In this document: in pieces, positions 8,434 to 19,300 of the stretch | Layout: each line of letters starts with the position of its first letter | Position numbering within the stretch: position 1 is the first letter of the stretch | DNA from: an uncultured Verrucomicrobiota bacterium | Lineage (GTDB): Bacteria; Verrucomicrobiota; Verrucomicrobiia; Limisphaerales; UBA9464 | Length of the DNA: 64,000 nucleotides | Direction: 5' to 3' | Assembly: GCA_903907925.1 (NCBI GenBank) | Contig: CAIVQB010000073.1 | Span: forward strand, 2,780 to 66,779 | Translations under genes and position numbers: made by a program | Notes under the pieces: model-generated | The model's input: only the letters and a program-made list of their open reading frames with translations | What the model was told of the DNA's origin: nothing | Database searches by the model: none

Positions 8434-9672
8434 TCAATGGGCGGCAACGCTGGCACCGACTTCAGCCGGTCGATCGGTCGGGGGCTTGAAGAAGATGGCC
8501 AGGATCGCCAGCGCGGCAACGGCGAGGCCCGACGGCAGCATGAACAGCTTGTGGTAGTCCACCGCGCCGGTCGCCGAGGTCACCGAAGCCTTGAAGGAAC
8601 CAAACCAGAAGTTGGCCAGCACGACGCCGGCACCGAGGACGAGCAGGTTGAACAGTCCCTGCGCGCTGGTTCGGATGTCCTTGGGAAACACGTCGTCCAC
8701 CCAGATATAGAGGGTGGCGAAGAAGAAGGCGTAGCAGATGCCGTGGAGGACCTGAACCGCGATGATGAGGTACATGTCGGTCGGCTGATTGAAGAAGGCG
8801 AACACCAGGAACCGCACCAGGTGACCGCTGATCCCGAGGAGCATGGTCATTTTCCAACCGATGCGTTTCAACACCGTTCCCAGGATGAGCATGGTCACGA
8901 TCTCGGCCACCTGACCGATGGTGGTGACCGCTGAAATCCAGTTGTCCGGCATCTTGATCGCGCCCTGAAGGAATCCGCCGATGAGCACGAAATAGCCGTT
9001 GTGGATGGTGGAATCGATCAGGGTGACCAGGAACAGAACGAAGACGTAGGGAAGGCTGAGCAACTTGGCGGCCTTGACCCAAGCCAGCTTGTCCATCCCA
9101 TCGACGTTTTTGCGCGGCGGCGTGTGGGGCAGGGTCAGGCTGAACCCGGCCAGAACAAACGAGATGATCGCGGCGACGTAGAAAATCCATTTCATCTGGT
9201 CGACCGTGGACTTGGCATCGAGCAGAAAGACCAGCGGCCAGGAGACCACGATCCATCCGATGGTCCCGCCCATGCGGACGAAGCCGAAATCCTTGGCCGG
9301 TTCCTTGAGATTCGCAAACGCCAGCGAATTGGTGACCGAGATCGTGGGGACGTAAAACAGGCCGTAAGCGAGGAAGCAGGCGAAGAACGGCCAGAATTCC
9401 CGGGCGGTTCCGGCACCGATGAGGGCCACACCACCAATGAGATGACTGAAGGCGAGAAACTTCTCGGCGGCGAAATTCCGGTCGGCGAACTGGTTGCTGA
9501 AGAAAATCCCCACCACCGAGGCAATGGCGAACATCGAGCCCGCCAGGTTCATCTGCCAGCCCTCGAACTTCAGCATCGGCATGTAGTTGAAGATCTGGAC
9601 CTGCCAGGCACCCCAGATGGCAATTTCCAGCACCATCATGAGGAACAGTTTGTTGCGAATGGATAGATTCAT
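8434..9672 (-). CDS. MFS transporter, nucleoside:H+ symporter (NHS/NupG-XapB-like) family
   Basis: The 412-aa polytopic protein begins MNLSIRNKLFLMMVLEIAIWGAWQVQIFNYM, which is typical of the NHS family, and has about 12 hydrophobic segments. Confidence 0.8.
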   Translation of the reverse strand: MNLSIRNKLFLMMVLEIAIWGAWQVQIFNYMPMLKFEGWQMNLAGSMFAIASVVGIFFSNQFADRNFAAEKFLAFSHLIGGVALIGAGTAREFWPFFACFLAYGLFYVPTISVTNSLAFANLKEPAKDFGFVRMGGTIGWIVVSWPLVFLLDAKSTVDQMKWIFYVAAIISFVLAGFSLTLPHTPPRKNVDGMDKLAWVKAAKLLSLPYVFVLFLVTLIDSTIHNGYFVLIGGFLQGAIKMPDNWISAVTTIGQVAEIVTMLILGTVLKRIGWKMTMLLGISGHLVRFLVFAFFNQPTDMYLIIAVQVLHGICYAFFFATLYIWVDDVFPKDIRTSAQGLFNLLVLGAGVVLANFWFGSFKASVTSATGAVDYHKLFMLPSGLAVAALAILAIFFKPPTDRPAEVGASVAAH

Positions 9673-9730
9673 GGGAGGGGGAGCGTTTCGGACCCGAGAT
9701 TAGGGAGAGCGGAAGGCGAATGGCGATGGC

Positions 9731-9863
9731 AAAAGTTCAAAGGAAAAAGGCAAAACGGAGAGATTCAAAGTCCAAGGTCGACAGGCGGACGTGCCCACAG
9801 TGCGGACTTTCAGTACTTGGATCTCACATCTTCATTTTTCACTTTTTCCTTTTTAACTTTAAA
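9731..9863. repeat. AT-rich imperfect palindrome of about 130 bp in the divergent promoter region
   Basis: AAAAGTTCAAAGGAAAAAGGCAAAA (9731-) is mirrored by TTTTCACTTTTTCCTTTTTAACTTT (-9860). Inner arms are also partly mirrored (GAGATTCAAAGTCCAAGG versus ACTTGGATCTC). Confidence 0.55.
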
Positions 9864-9932
9864 TTGCCACCCCCGCTCCGGGGTTGCTTTGACCGCGGGG
9901 GATCGTAGCGTCGCGCGGTCACCCATCCCGTC

Positions 9933-11663
<1,731 letters not shown>

Positions 11664-11683
11664 GCCAGTCCTCAATCCACTTC

Positions 11684-12595
11684 ATGGACACCCGACCGCT
11701 GACCTCCGAACAACTCGCCTCATCGGTCATCGCCGTTCCGCCGCTGGCCCGGGATGCATCCGAGCGGGTTTGTCCGAGCGAAAACACCCGACTCATTCGA
11801 CACCTCGAAGCCGGCGGCGTGCGGGTGCTGCTCTACGGCGGCAATGCGATTTTCTATCATCTCCGACCCAGCGAATACGCCGCCACGCTTCAAATGCTCG
11901 CCGAGGCCGCCGGCCCGGAGACGGCAGTCGTTCCGTCGGCCGGCCCCTCGTATGGCGTGTCAATGGATCAGGCGGTGATTGCCCGGGATTTCAACTTCCC
12001 GACGGTCATGGTCCTCCCTCATCAGGGATTGAACACGCCCGCCGGCGTGGAAACCGGACTGCGCCGCTTCGCCGAGGCGTACGGAAAGCCGATTGTGGTC
12101 TACATCAAACAGGAGGGTTATGTGAATCCCGCCGAAGTGGCCCGCCTGGTTCGCGACGGCTGCGTTTCGTGGATCAAGTACGCGATTGTCCGCCCCAATA
12201 CCGCTGAGGATCCGTTCCTGAAGGAGCTTCTGCAACAGGTGCCGGTATCCATGGTGGTCAGCGGCATCGGGGAACAACCGGCGATCATTCACCTGCGCGA
12301 ATTCGGTCTGAACGGTTTCACCAGCGGCTGCGTTTGCGTCGCGCCGCGGCTGTCGATGGACTTCCTGCGCGCGGTAAAATCAGGGAATGAGGTGGAGGCG
12401 GAACGGATCCGAGCAGTGTTCAAGCCGCTGGAGGATCTGCGCAATGCGATCAATCCAGTCCGCGTGCTGCACGAGGCTGTTTCGCTGGCGGGCATTGCCA
12501 ACACCGGAACGATCCTCCCTCTTCTGAATCCACTGAGCGAATCCCAGGCTCAATCGGTCGGCACCACGGCGAGGTCGCTGTTGACCGCCAACTGA
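11684..12595 (+). CDS. Dihydrodipicolinate synthase/N-acetylneuraminate lyase (DapA) family enzyme, probably a 2-keto-3-deoxy-sugar-acid dehydratase or aldolase
   Basis: ATG at 11684 (MDTRPLTSEQLASSVIAVPPL) lies 21 nt after the dehydratase stop. The ORF-track extension back to 10961 overlaps the dehydratase gene and is rejected. Confidence 0.8.
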   Translation: MDTRPLTSEQLASSVIAVPPLARDASERVCPSENTRLIRHLEAGGVRVLLYGGNAIFYHLRPSEYAATLQMLAEAAGPETAVVPSAGPSYGVSMDQAVIARDFNFPTVMVLPHQGLNTPAGVETGLRRFAEAYGKPIVVYIKQEGYVNPAEVARLVRDGCVSWIKYAIVRPNTAEDPFLKELLQQVPVSMVVSGIGEQPAIIHLREFGLNGFTSGCVCVAPRLSMDFLRAVKSGNEVEAERIRAVFKPLEDLRNAINPVRVLHEAVSLAGIANTGTILPLLNPLSESQAQSVGTTARSLLTAN

Positions 12596-12626
12596 ACGTC
12601 AGGCGGGCGGCGAAATCCGGCTGGGA

Positions 12627-14840
12627 TCAGATCGACGTCACGCCGGTCCGTTCCCAAACCGGTCGGTGCGGATCGACGTCGCGTCCAACCTCGAACACCG
12701 CCAGCACGCGTTCCGCGCAGGCGGGATCGTTCAGACACACCGTTCCTGAGACAATCTTCGTCACCGGATCACCCGCGAGTTGTAGATCCTCGCCACAGCG
12801 CTCTGCTGCCAGAGCGGGAAACGAATCGAATCCAGCCCGCTGAACCGCCGTTTTGGAGAGCAACCGAAACACCCCTCGCACGCCAGGCGCCACGCGGTTC
12901 ATCAATTCCAGGGTCAACCGTCCCATGGTGTAGCGGGGATTGATCTCCACCACCGGTTTCAACCTTACCCGGCCGTCGTGATCGCGATACACCAGCGCAT
13001 CGATGCCAACCGGTCCCTCGAATTCCAATCGTCGCAGCTCGGGTTCCAACCTTCGAATCAAACGACGGTACAACGCCGTCAACGCCACTCCGGGAAGGCC
13101 GACACAAACACTCTTCCCGCCCATTCCATGTTCCACTCCGTCGCCCGTGTTCCACAACGTCAGGATGTTGGTGGGCACCCGGCGGTCCCAATCGGCATCG
13201 GCCCAATTGGCCTGGAACTGTCCGCGCAGATCGTTCACCAGGCCGGTGAAGCCCACGAGCCGCAGTCCGCGCACTCCGGATTCCATTTCCAATTGGACGG
13301 AAAAGTCACCGATGCGATCGAGCCACGGTTCAACGAGCAACGTACCGCCCGATTCGAAGGCCGATTCCATCCACCGGCGTTGGGCCGGGAGAATCTCGAG
13401 CTCCCACAGTCGAATCTGGCCGGTTCCAGCGAATCCAAACTCCTCCTTCACCACGACCCGATGATGTCCGCTGCCTCGGACGGCGGCGATCGCCTCCAGC
13501 GCGTCCGCCAGGGATCGCACCGACACGCCGACTTCATCCGGTGAACTTAACGGCGCCGTGGGATTTCGAGGATCGATCAAGGCCGACTCCGCTTCCAAAA
13601 ACCCGCGCAGGAACGAGGCGCTCCAGACCTTCGAATAAAGGCCGGCGATTCCCGGATTGAACCGCTGATCCATGCGGCGGTCTTCACCGGTGACCTGGGC
13701 AGCAAGCGGCTCCAGGCATTCCACGCTATCTGGACCCCACGCCCAGGGGCGGAGTTTCCCAAGCTTGCGGTCCGTCAACTCGCTTCCAACCGGAATTCGT
13801 CCGCCCTCCATCACGACGAATTCGGGAATCGGGAAACCGGCCTTTTGCAGCGTCAATTGGTGAATTTCAGACGGCGATGACGGCACCAGGACGACATCAT
13901 CGCGGCGGCAAAGAAACTGCGTGAGACCCGCCAGGTCATTGGCGAATGTCTGCTGATCGCGGGAGGATTGGAATCGACGGCCACGGGCCGCGGCGGCAAT
14001 GGAGGCCTCGCAAAACGGGTTGAACAGGAAGATTCCCGGGGTCCGGCCGCGGGATCGGGCGAACACTTCCAGCGCGCGAATGAACTCCGGATCGAGTCCG
14101 GCGGCGCGGCGTCCTTCCGGATTAAAGACCGTTCCCTTCGCCCGCTGTGGCGACAGGGGAAACTTCAACTGGCGGCAGAAGGCCTCCCAATCGTTCTCGG
14201 CCGGATTCTTCCAACGTCGAAACCACTTCAATCCGTGAGCCACGTGGGCGATTTCATCGCGGTAAATGCCGTCCAACAGGCGCGAGGTTTCGGCGTCGCC
14301 CACCGCTGCGAACGCCGTGGCGTATTCACGGCAGAAATCGAGATTCGCCTGCTCGAAGGTGAGGCTGAGACCGGCCACGAAATCGATCGGGTTGCTCATC
14401 GGTGCCACGGATCGCCAGAAATAGCCGCTGACCGGCAGATCGCCGAACTCGACCCCGCCGGCCCGCATGCGTTCCACATACAGGCGGGTGTGGGCCTGTT
14501 CATCCCGGAGCGTCTTGAAAACGCCCTGCCGGAACGCCGGCGGCGCGTCCGGAAACCGCAACAACACGAGCGCCATCAACTCGGTCGCGAGCAGTTCGTG
14601 ATTGGCGAAGAAGTGGAGGAGTCGCGCCCGTTCCCCGGTCTTCTCCAACCCGCGGACCCCCGGGAAACCGGAACTCCCCTCCCCGGCACCCTTGAACTTC
14701 AGCGTCGCCGGCCGACCCGGCTCGACAGGCGCCCCACGGGCGGAACCCGGCCGTTCATCGGTCACTTCATCAGGACACCCCAGCTTGTCCGCCAGGGTGG
14801 TTCCAAAGAGCACCTGCTCCGCCAGTTCGCGCAGTTCCAT
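12627..14840 (-). CDS. Fusion protein: N-terminal DUF455 ferritin-like di-iron domain plus C-terminal ATP-grasp-like domain
   Basis: Di-iron ligand pattern: NHELLATELMA, RDEQAHTRLY, FEQANLDF, RDEIAHVAHG. The C-terminal half has VVVKEEFGFAGTGQIRL and GPVGIDALVYRDHDGRVRLKPVVEINPRYTMG, which are ATP-grasp-like. The start is taken at MELRELAEQ (14840); the ORF is open up to 15002. Confidence 0.7.
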   Translation of the reverse strand: MELRELAEQVLFGTTLADKLGCPDEVTDERPGSARGAPVEPGRPATLKFKGAGEGSSGFPGVRGLEKTGERARLLHFFANHELLATELMALVLLRFPDAPPAFRQGVFKTLRDEQAHTRLYVERMRAGGVEFGDLPVSGYFWRSVAPMSNPIDFVAGLSLTFEQANLDFCREYATAFAAVGDAETSRLLDGIYRDEIAHVAHGLKWFRRWKNPAENDWEAFCRQLKFPLSPQRAKGTVFNPEGRRAAGLDPEFIRALEVFARSRGRTPGIFLFNPFCEASIAAAARGRRFQSSRDQQTFANDLAGLTQFLCRRDDVVLVPSSPSEIHQLTLQKAGFPIPEFVVMEGGRIPVGSELTDRKLGKLRPWAWGPDSVECLEPLAAQVTGEDRRMDQRFNPGIAGLYSKVWSASFLRGFLEAESALIDPRNPTAPLSSPDEVGVSVRSLADALEAIAAVRGSGHHRVVVKEEFGFAGTGQIRLWELEILPAQRRWMESAFESGGTLLVEPWLDRIGDFSVQLEMESGVRGLRLVGFTGLVNDLRGQFQANWADADWDRRVPTNILTLWNTGDGVEHGMGGKSVCVGLPGVALTALYRRLIRRLEPELRRLEFEGPVGIDALVYRDHDGRVRLKPVVEINPRYTMGRLTLELMNRVAPGVRGVFRLLSKTAVQRAGFDSFPALAAERCGEDLQLAGDPVTKIVSGTVCLNDPACAERVLAVFEVGRDVDPHRPVWERTGVTSI

Positions 14841-15100
14841 CGATCTCGGAGATGCGTAACAGGCAGGACCCGCTGATGCAGGCGTTTTTGAGGGCTGGAA
14901 CCCGGCGACAGCAGAAGGTTCCTGTCCGATCACCCGCCGGATTCTATCGCTTCCGGGCAAACTCAACCTGCGTGATGGGGGCCCGGTAGAACCCACCGGC
15001 AATCCGTTCCCTCTCCACCCGTGTTCGCCACATCCTTCTCTTTGGAACGTTCATGCTCCAAAGCAAACCACACTTCACCTCCAACTGGCACCGGGCCTCA

Positions 15101-15241
15101 CCGAGCGCTAACCCACATCAGGCAGTATGCGTGGATCCCCGACCCGGCCTTCGCGCAGGTCTCGGCAAGCGAGGTGAGAAAGGACTCCCGACCGTCGTCA
15201 TCGCGGAAAATCGCCTCCCTCCGATCCCCTCAATTCATCAC
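15101..15241 (-). pseudogene. Relic of a Y1 (IS200/IS605-like, RayT-type) transposase gene
   Basis: The minus-strand frame reads VNVMN*GDRREAIFRDDDGRESFLTSLAETCAKAGSGIHAYCLMWVSAR*. This matches the N-terminal YHVMNRGDRRE..IF.DD.DR..FL..L.E.C...G...HAYCLM pattern. It has an in-frame TGA (15230-15232), and the HUH (NHxHL) part is lost. Confidence 0.5.
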
Positions 15242-15254
15242 GTTGACACTTTTT

Positions 15255-15279
15255 GTGTCATTATGTGGGACTGACCCCT
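15255..15279. repeat. Left 25-bp inverted repeat of the AT-rich cassette
   Basis: GTGTCATTATGTGGGACTGACCCCT is the reverse complement of 16131-16155 at 22 of 25 positions, including a 16-nt perfect core. Confidence 0.75.
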
Positions 15280-15290
15280 ATTCCCGGCCT

Positions 15291-15917
15291 TCATCGACCC
15301 GAAAACTCGCTTCCATCTATAAGGCGTTTTCCGTTCGTCCACGAAACCACCAACTTCTCGACCTCGCTATACAGTTCCTGAGCTTTGCAAACCTCACGAT
15401 CCTCTTCTATATAAGGGCGCAAGCATTTAAAAGTCCACGGAAGCGTAAACCCCAGCGACTGCTCCAAGACATCTTCATCGACGTAATCACACTGAATCGC
15501 AATGGAGGCATCCTCGTATATTCCCAACGTCACCGTGACAGCATTGAGTAAATCAGCATCCTCCACGATCTTTTTATACAGATCAGATTTGGATATTTGG
15601 TCATGATTCTTTAGTTGCTGTTCAATAAATCGCCTCACCTGAACAAATTCAGGCCGGTTCAACAGAGTCAGTATTTCAAAACTTTTATCTTTCCTATCAC
15701 GTTGCAGTTTTAGGCGAAGTGCTGCACCAACATAATACGCGCTATAAATTGCGGTCGCTCCTGCGATTACGGCTGTAGAAAACTTTAAATGCTCCCTGCC
15801 ACCCGGCCATAAATAGTATATCGCAAGTATCAAACCAGAGGCGAGCGAGAGCACGATCCACAACGGCACAGACACCCTAAAGTTTAGTAGCTGACCTATA
15901 CGAGTCTTGCCTTTCAT
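15291..15917 (-). CDS. Orphan membrane-anchored protein (two N-terminal TM helices plus a helical cytoplasmic domain) on AT-rich DNA
   Basis: The 208-aa ORF has TM segments VSVPLWIVLSLASGLILAIYYLW and FSTAVIAGATAIYSAYYVGAAL. Its codon usage is clearly AT-richer than neighbouring genes. The architecture is reminiscent of DUF4760-type proteins, but this is unverified. Confidence 0.7.
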   Translation of the reverse strand: MKGKTRIGQLLNFRVSVPLWIVLSLASGLILAIYYLWPGGREHLKFSTAVIAGATAIYSAYYVGAALRLKLQRDRKDKSFEILTLLNRPEFVQVRRFIEQQLKNHDQISKSDLYKKIVEDADLLNAVTVTLGIYEDASIAIQCDYVDEDVLEQSLGFTLPWTFKCLRPYIEEDREVCKAQELYSEVEKLVVSWTNGKRLIDGSEFSGR

Positions 15918-16130
15918 ATGAACATCCTCATGCTTCAGTCGGTTAAAAGCGATCGCCTAGTCTCGTGAATTTCGTTTAGGTCTGAGTCTTCTTTGCCCCG
16001 CTCACTCGACTCTAGGCCAACCTGAATGAGCTGGTACCGATAGAGCGCCGGCGTTGGCAAGATGAAACTGAAGAAAAAGAAGGGGCGGTGGCACGGAGGG
16101 CACGGAGAGACAGTGGGGTCGTATCAGTGA

Positions 16131-16155
16131 AGGGGTCAGTCCCACACTTTGACAC
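16131..16155. repeat. Right 25-bp inverted repeat of the AT-rich cassette
   Basis: AGGGGTCAGTCCCACACTTTGACAC is the partner of 15255-15279. Confidence 0.75.
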
Positions 16156-16245
16156 TTGGTTCGACCTGCCGCTTGGACGAGAGCAGGTTTGGCAGGACTT
16201 TCTCCATCGTCGTGCCTCGCCCTTCAGCCTTTTCCTCGACAACAG

Positions 16246-16267
16246 GACCCTTCCTCATTTTCAGACG
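16246..16267. repeat. Half-copy of the palindromic repeat found at 48986-49019
   Basis: GGACCCTTCCTCATTTTCAGAC is identical over 22 nt to the reverse complement of 48998-49019. Confidence 0.7.
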
Positions 16268-16344
16268 CGTTCTTGGAGCCGATTCCTTCATTTTCCTCAA
16301 TTTCTCCCTCGTCGCCGGCCGGGAGCTCCGCTATCTGAAACCGC

Positions 16345-19300
16345 GTGCCCCCCCGACTGAGCCAGCGCCCACTGCTGTTTCTTGCCGTTGCGGTGTCACT
16401 TTTGGGCCGTGCGGCGGATTTTCCGGAGCCGTTCAACTCCGAAAAACCCGGGCTGGAACCGATGCCCGCAGCTCAAGCCGCCGCCTCGTTCGCGCTCCCC
16501 GAAGGCTTCCACATCAGCGTCTTTGCCGCGGAACCCGACGTCCGCCAGCCGATCGCGATGACCACCGATGCCCGCGGCCGGCTCTGGGTCGCGGAGAATT
16601 ACACCTACGCGGAATCGAAGGTGAATTTCGCCACCCAGCTCAATGACCGGGTGATCATCCTCGAAGACACCAACCACGACGGGAAATTCGATCGACGGAC
16701 GGTGTTCTGGGATCAGGCGAAAATCCTGACCAGCATCGAGGTCGGTCGCGGCGGGGTGTTTGCATTGTGTCCGCCTCGACTCCTGTTTCTACCCGATCGC
16801 TCCGGCAAGGATCGGCCAGACAGTGAGCCGGAAGTGTTGCTCGATGGATTCTCCACGACAACCGGCAATCGCCATACTTTCGCCAACGGACTCAAGTGGG
16901 GACCGGACGGCTGGTTGTGGGGCCGGATCGGAATCTCCAGCGGCGCCCGCATCGGCCTGCCCGGAAGTGACCCCGCCAGCCGCACGGAAATGCGGGGCGG
17001 CATCTGGCGCTATCACCCGGAGCGAAAGATTTTCGAAGCCGTCTGCCACGGAACCACCAATCCCTGGGGACTCGACTGGAACGAGGTCGGCGAACCGTTT
17101 TTCATCAACACCGTCATTGGCCATCTGTGGCACGCCATTCCCGGGGCCCATTTCCGCCGGATGCACGGCGACGACGTCAATCCCCGGGCCTATTCGCTGA
17201 TCGATCAACATGCCGATCATTTTCATTTCGATACCGGCGCCGGTTGGACGAAATCGAGGGCCGCATTCGACGGCAGCACCTTTGCCTCGGGCAGTGACGC
17301 GCTCGGAGGAGGTCACGCCCACGCCGGGTTGATGATTTATCAGGGCGACAACTGGCCCGCGAGCTACCGCGGGGATGTGTTCACGCTCAATCTCCATGGA
17401 CGCCGGATCAACCGCGATCATCTGGAACGCGCGGGGACCGGTTACGTCGGACGACATCGTGCCGACCTGATGCAGGTGGGTGATCCGTGGTTCCGCGGAT
17501 TGGACCTGATTCAGGGACCTGAAGGCGGTGTTTTCATTTCGGATTGGTCCGACACCGGAGAATGCCACGACAGCGACGGCGTTCACCGAACTTCCGGCCG
17601 CATTTACAAAGTCACCTACGGCGTAGAAACCAACCCGCCGCTTCCGGATCTTGCTGGTCTTTCTGACGCCGCACTCATCGGCCGTGTGACCGATCCGAAC
17701 GAATGGATTTCACGCCAGGCCCGGCAGATCCTTGCCGACCGAGCGGCGGCGGGACGTTGCGAGCGCCTCACGGGAGAACAACTTCGCGCCCGGTTTGAGC
17801 AATCGACGACGGTTCATGATCGGTTGCGTTGGCTGTGGGCGGGGCACGCCGTGAACGCCACCCCGGTGGACTGGTTGGCCCGTCATCTCACGGATCCTGA
17901 CGAACACGTTTCGAGCTGGATGGTGCGCCTCATCGCGGATCAATTGCCGTTAAGCCCGGACGACACCATTCCGCAGGCCACGGTGACCGCCGCGAAAACC
18001 GCGCTGAACCGGTTTGCAGGAGGATCGCATGCACCGCTTACTCGGCTGTATCTCGCTTCAGCATTGCAACGAATGCCCCCCGCCGAACGGACCAAACTGG
18101 CGGACGCCCTGCTCGGACCGGGAACGGAATCCACCGACCATAATTATCCGCTGCTGCTGTGGTACGGCCTGGAGCCCTTGATTGCGGCGTGTCCCGAGAT
18201 GGCGCCCCATTTCTTTGCGACCTGCAGTCACCGATTGGTCCGCCAATACATCGCCCGAAGACTGACCGAGGACCTTCGATCCGCTCCGGACGGCCTAAAC
18301 CAACTATTAGCATCCCTGACCGGCCCGGGTGCCGGGAGCGCGGCCTCACAACAAGATTTGCTGCGCGGTGTGGCTGATGCACTGCGCGGGCTGCGGAAAT
18401 GTCCTCCACCTGTCGGTTGGAACGCCTTTGCCGCATCCGCCGCCAATCGCGCCGACTCCGAGATCAACGAGCGGCTCCGGGATTTGGGCGTGGTTTTTGG
18501 TGATGGGCGCGCCACCGACGATTTGCGACACATCGTCGCCGATCCCGCCGCGGATGCCTCTTCCCGCCGCAATGCCCTGACCGCGCTGGTCGAAGCCCGC
18601 ATTCCCAATCTGAGTCCATTGCTGCGCAGTGTCGTCAGCGACGGAACCCTCCGACCCACGGCCTTGATGGGCCTGCTCCAGACCGATGATCCCGATGGCG
18701 CTGCCCAAGTGGTGTCCAATTATCCGTGGCTCGGGTTGGAGGATCGCCCCGCGATTCTCACCGCGATGGTGTCCCGGCCGGCGACGGCGCGAACACTTCT
18801 GGACGCCCTCGCCGCGGGAACGGTACCGCGGACCGATCTGACCGCATTTCACGCCCGACAGATTGTCTCCTTGGCCGATGCCCGGTTGACCCAGCGATTG
18901 ACCGAGGTCTGGGGCGTGGTGCGGGTGGGGGAGAGCGATCACCGGTCGGCGATTGACCGTTTTCGCGGCCAGATGACCCCAACCGCGGTCGCTGGTGCCA
19001 ACCTGCAGGATGGTCGACAAACGTTTCAACAACTCTGCGCCCCCTGTCACCGGCTTCACGGCGTCGGAGGCGAAATCGGTCCCGATCTGACCGGGTCGGG
19101 ACGGTCCAATCTCGATTATCTGCTGGAGAACATCGTCGATCCCAACGCCGTTGTTCCTGCCGGGTACCGGTTGACGACGGTGATCCTGACCGACGGACGG
19201 GCGCTGGCGGGTGTGGTTCGGGACGAAAATGACAGGACCCTCACCCTCCAGGCTCCGGGTCAGTCCCAAGTGATTGATCGCCGTGAAATTCAGCATCTTG

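Noticed and set aside
9720-9908. A 62-aa ORF (MAMAKVQRKKAKRRDSKSK...FFLFNFKL) lies in the divergent promoter region.
   Set aside because: Its composition (a Lys/Arg run followed by a Phe/Leu run) simply reflects translation of the two arms of the AT-rich palindrome. There is no supporting context.
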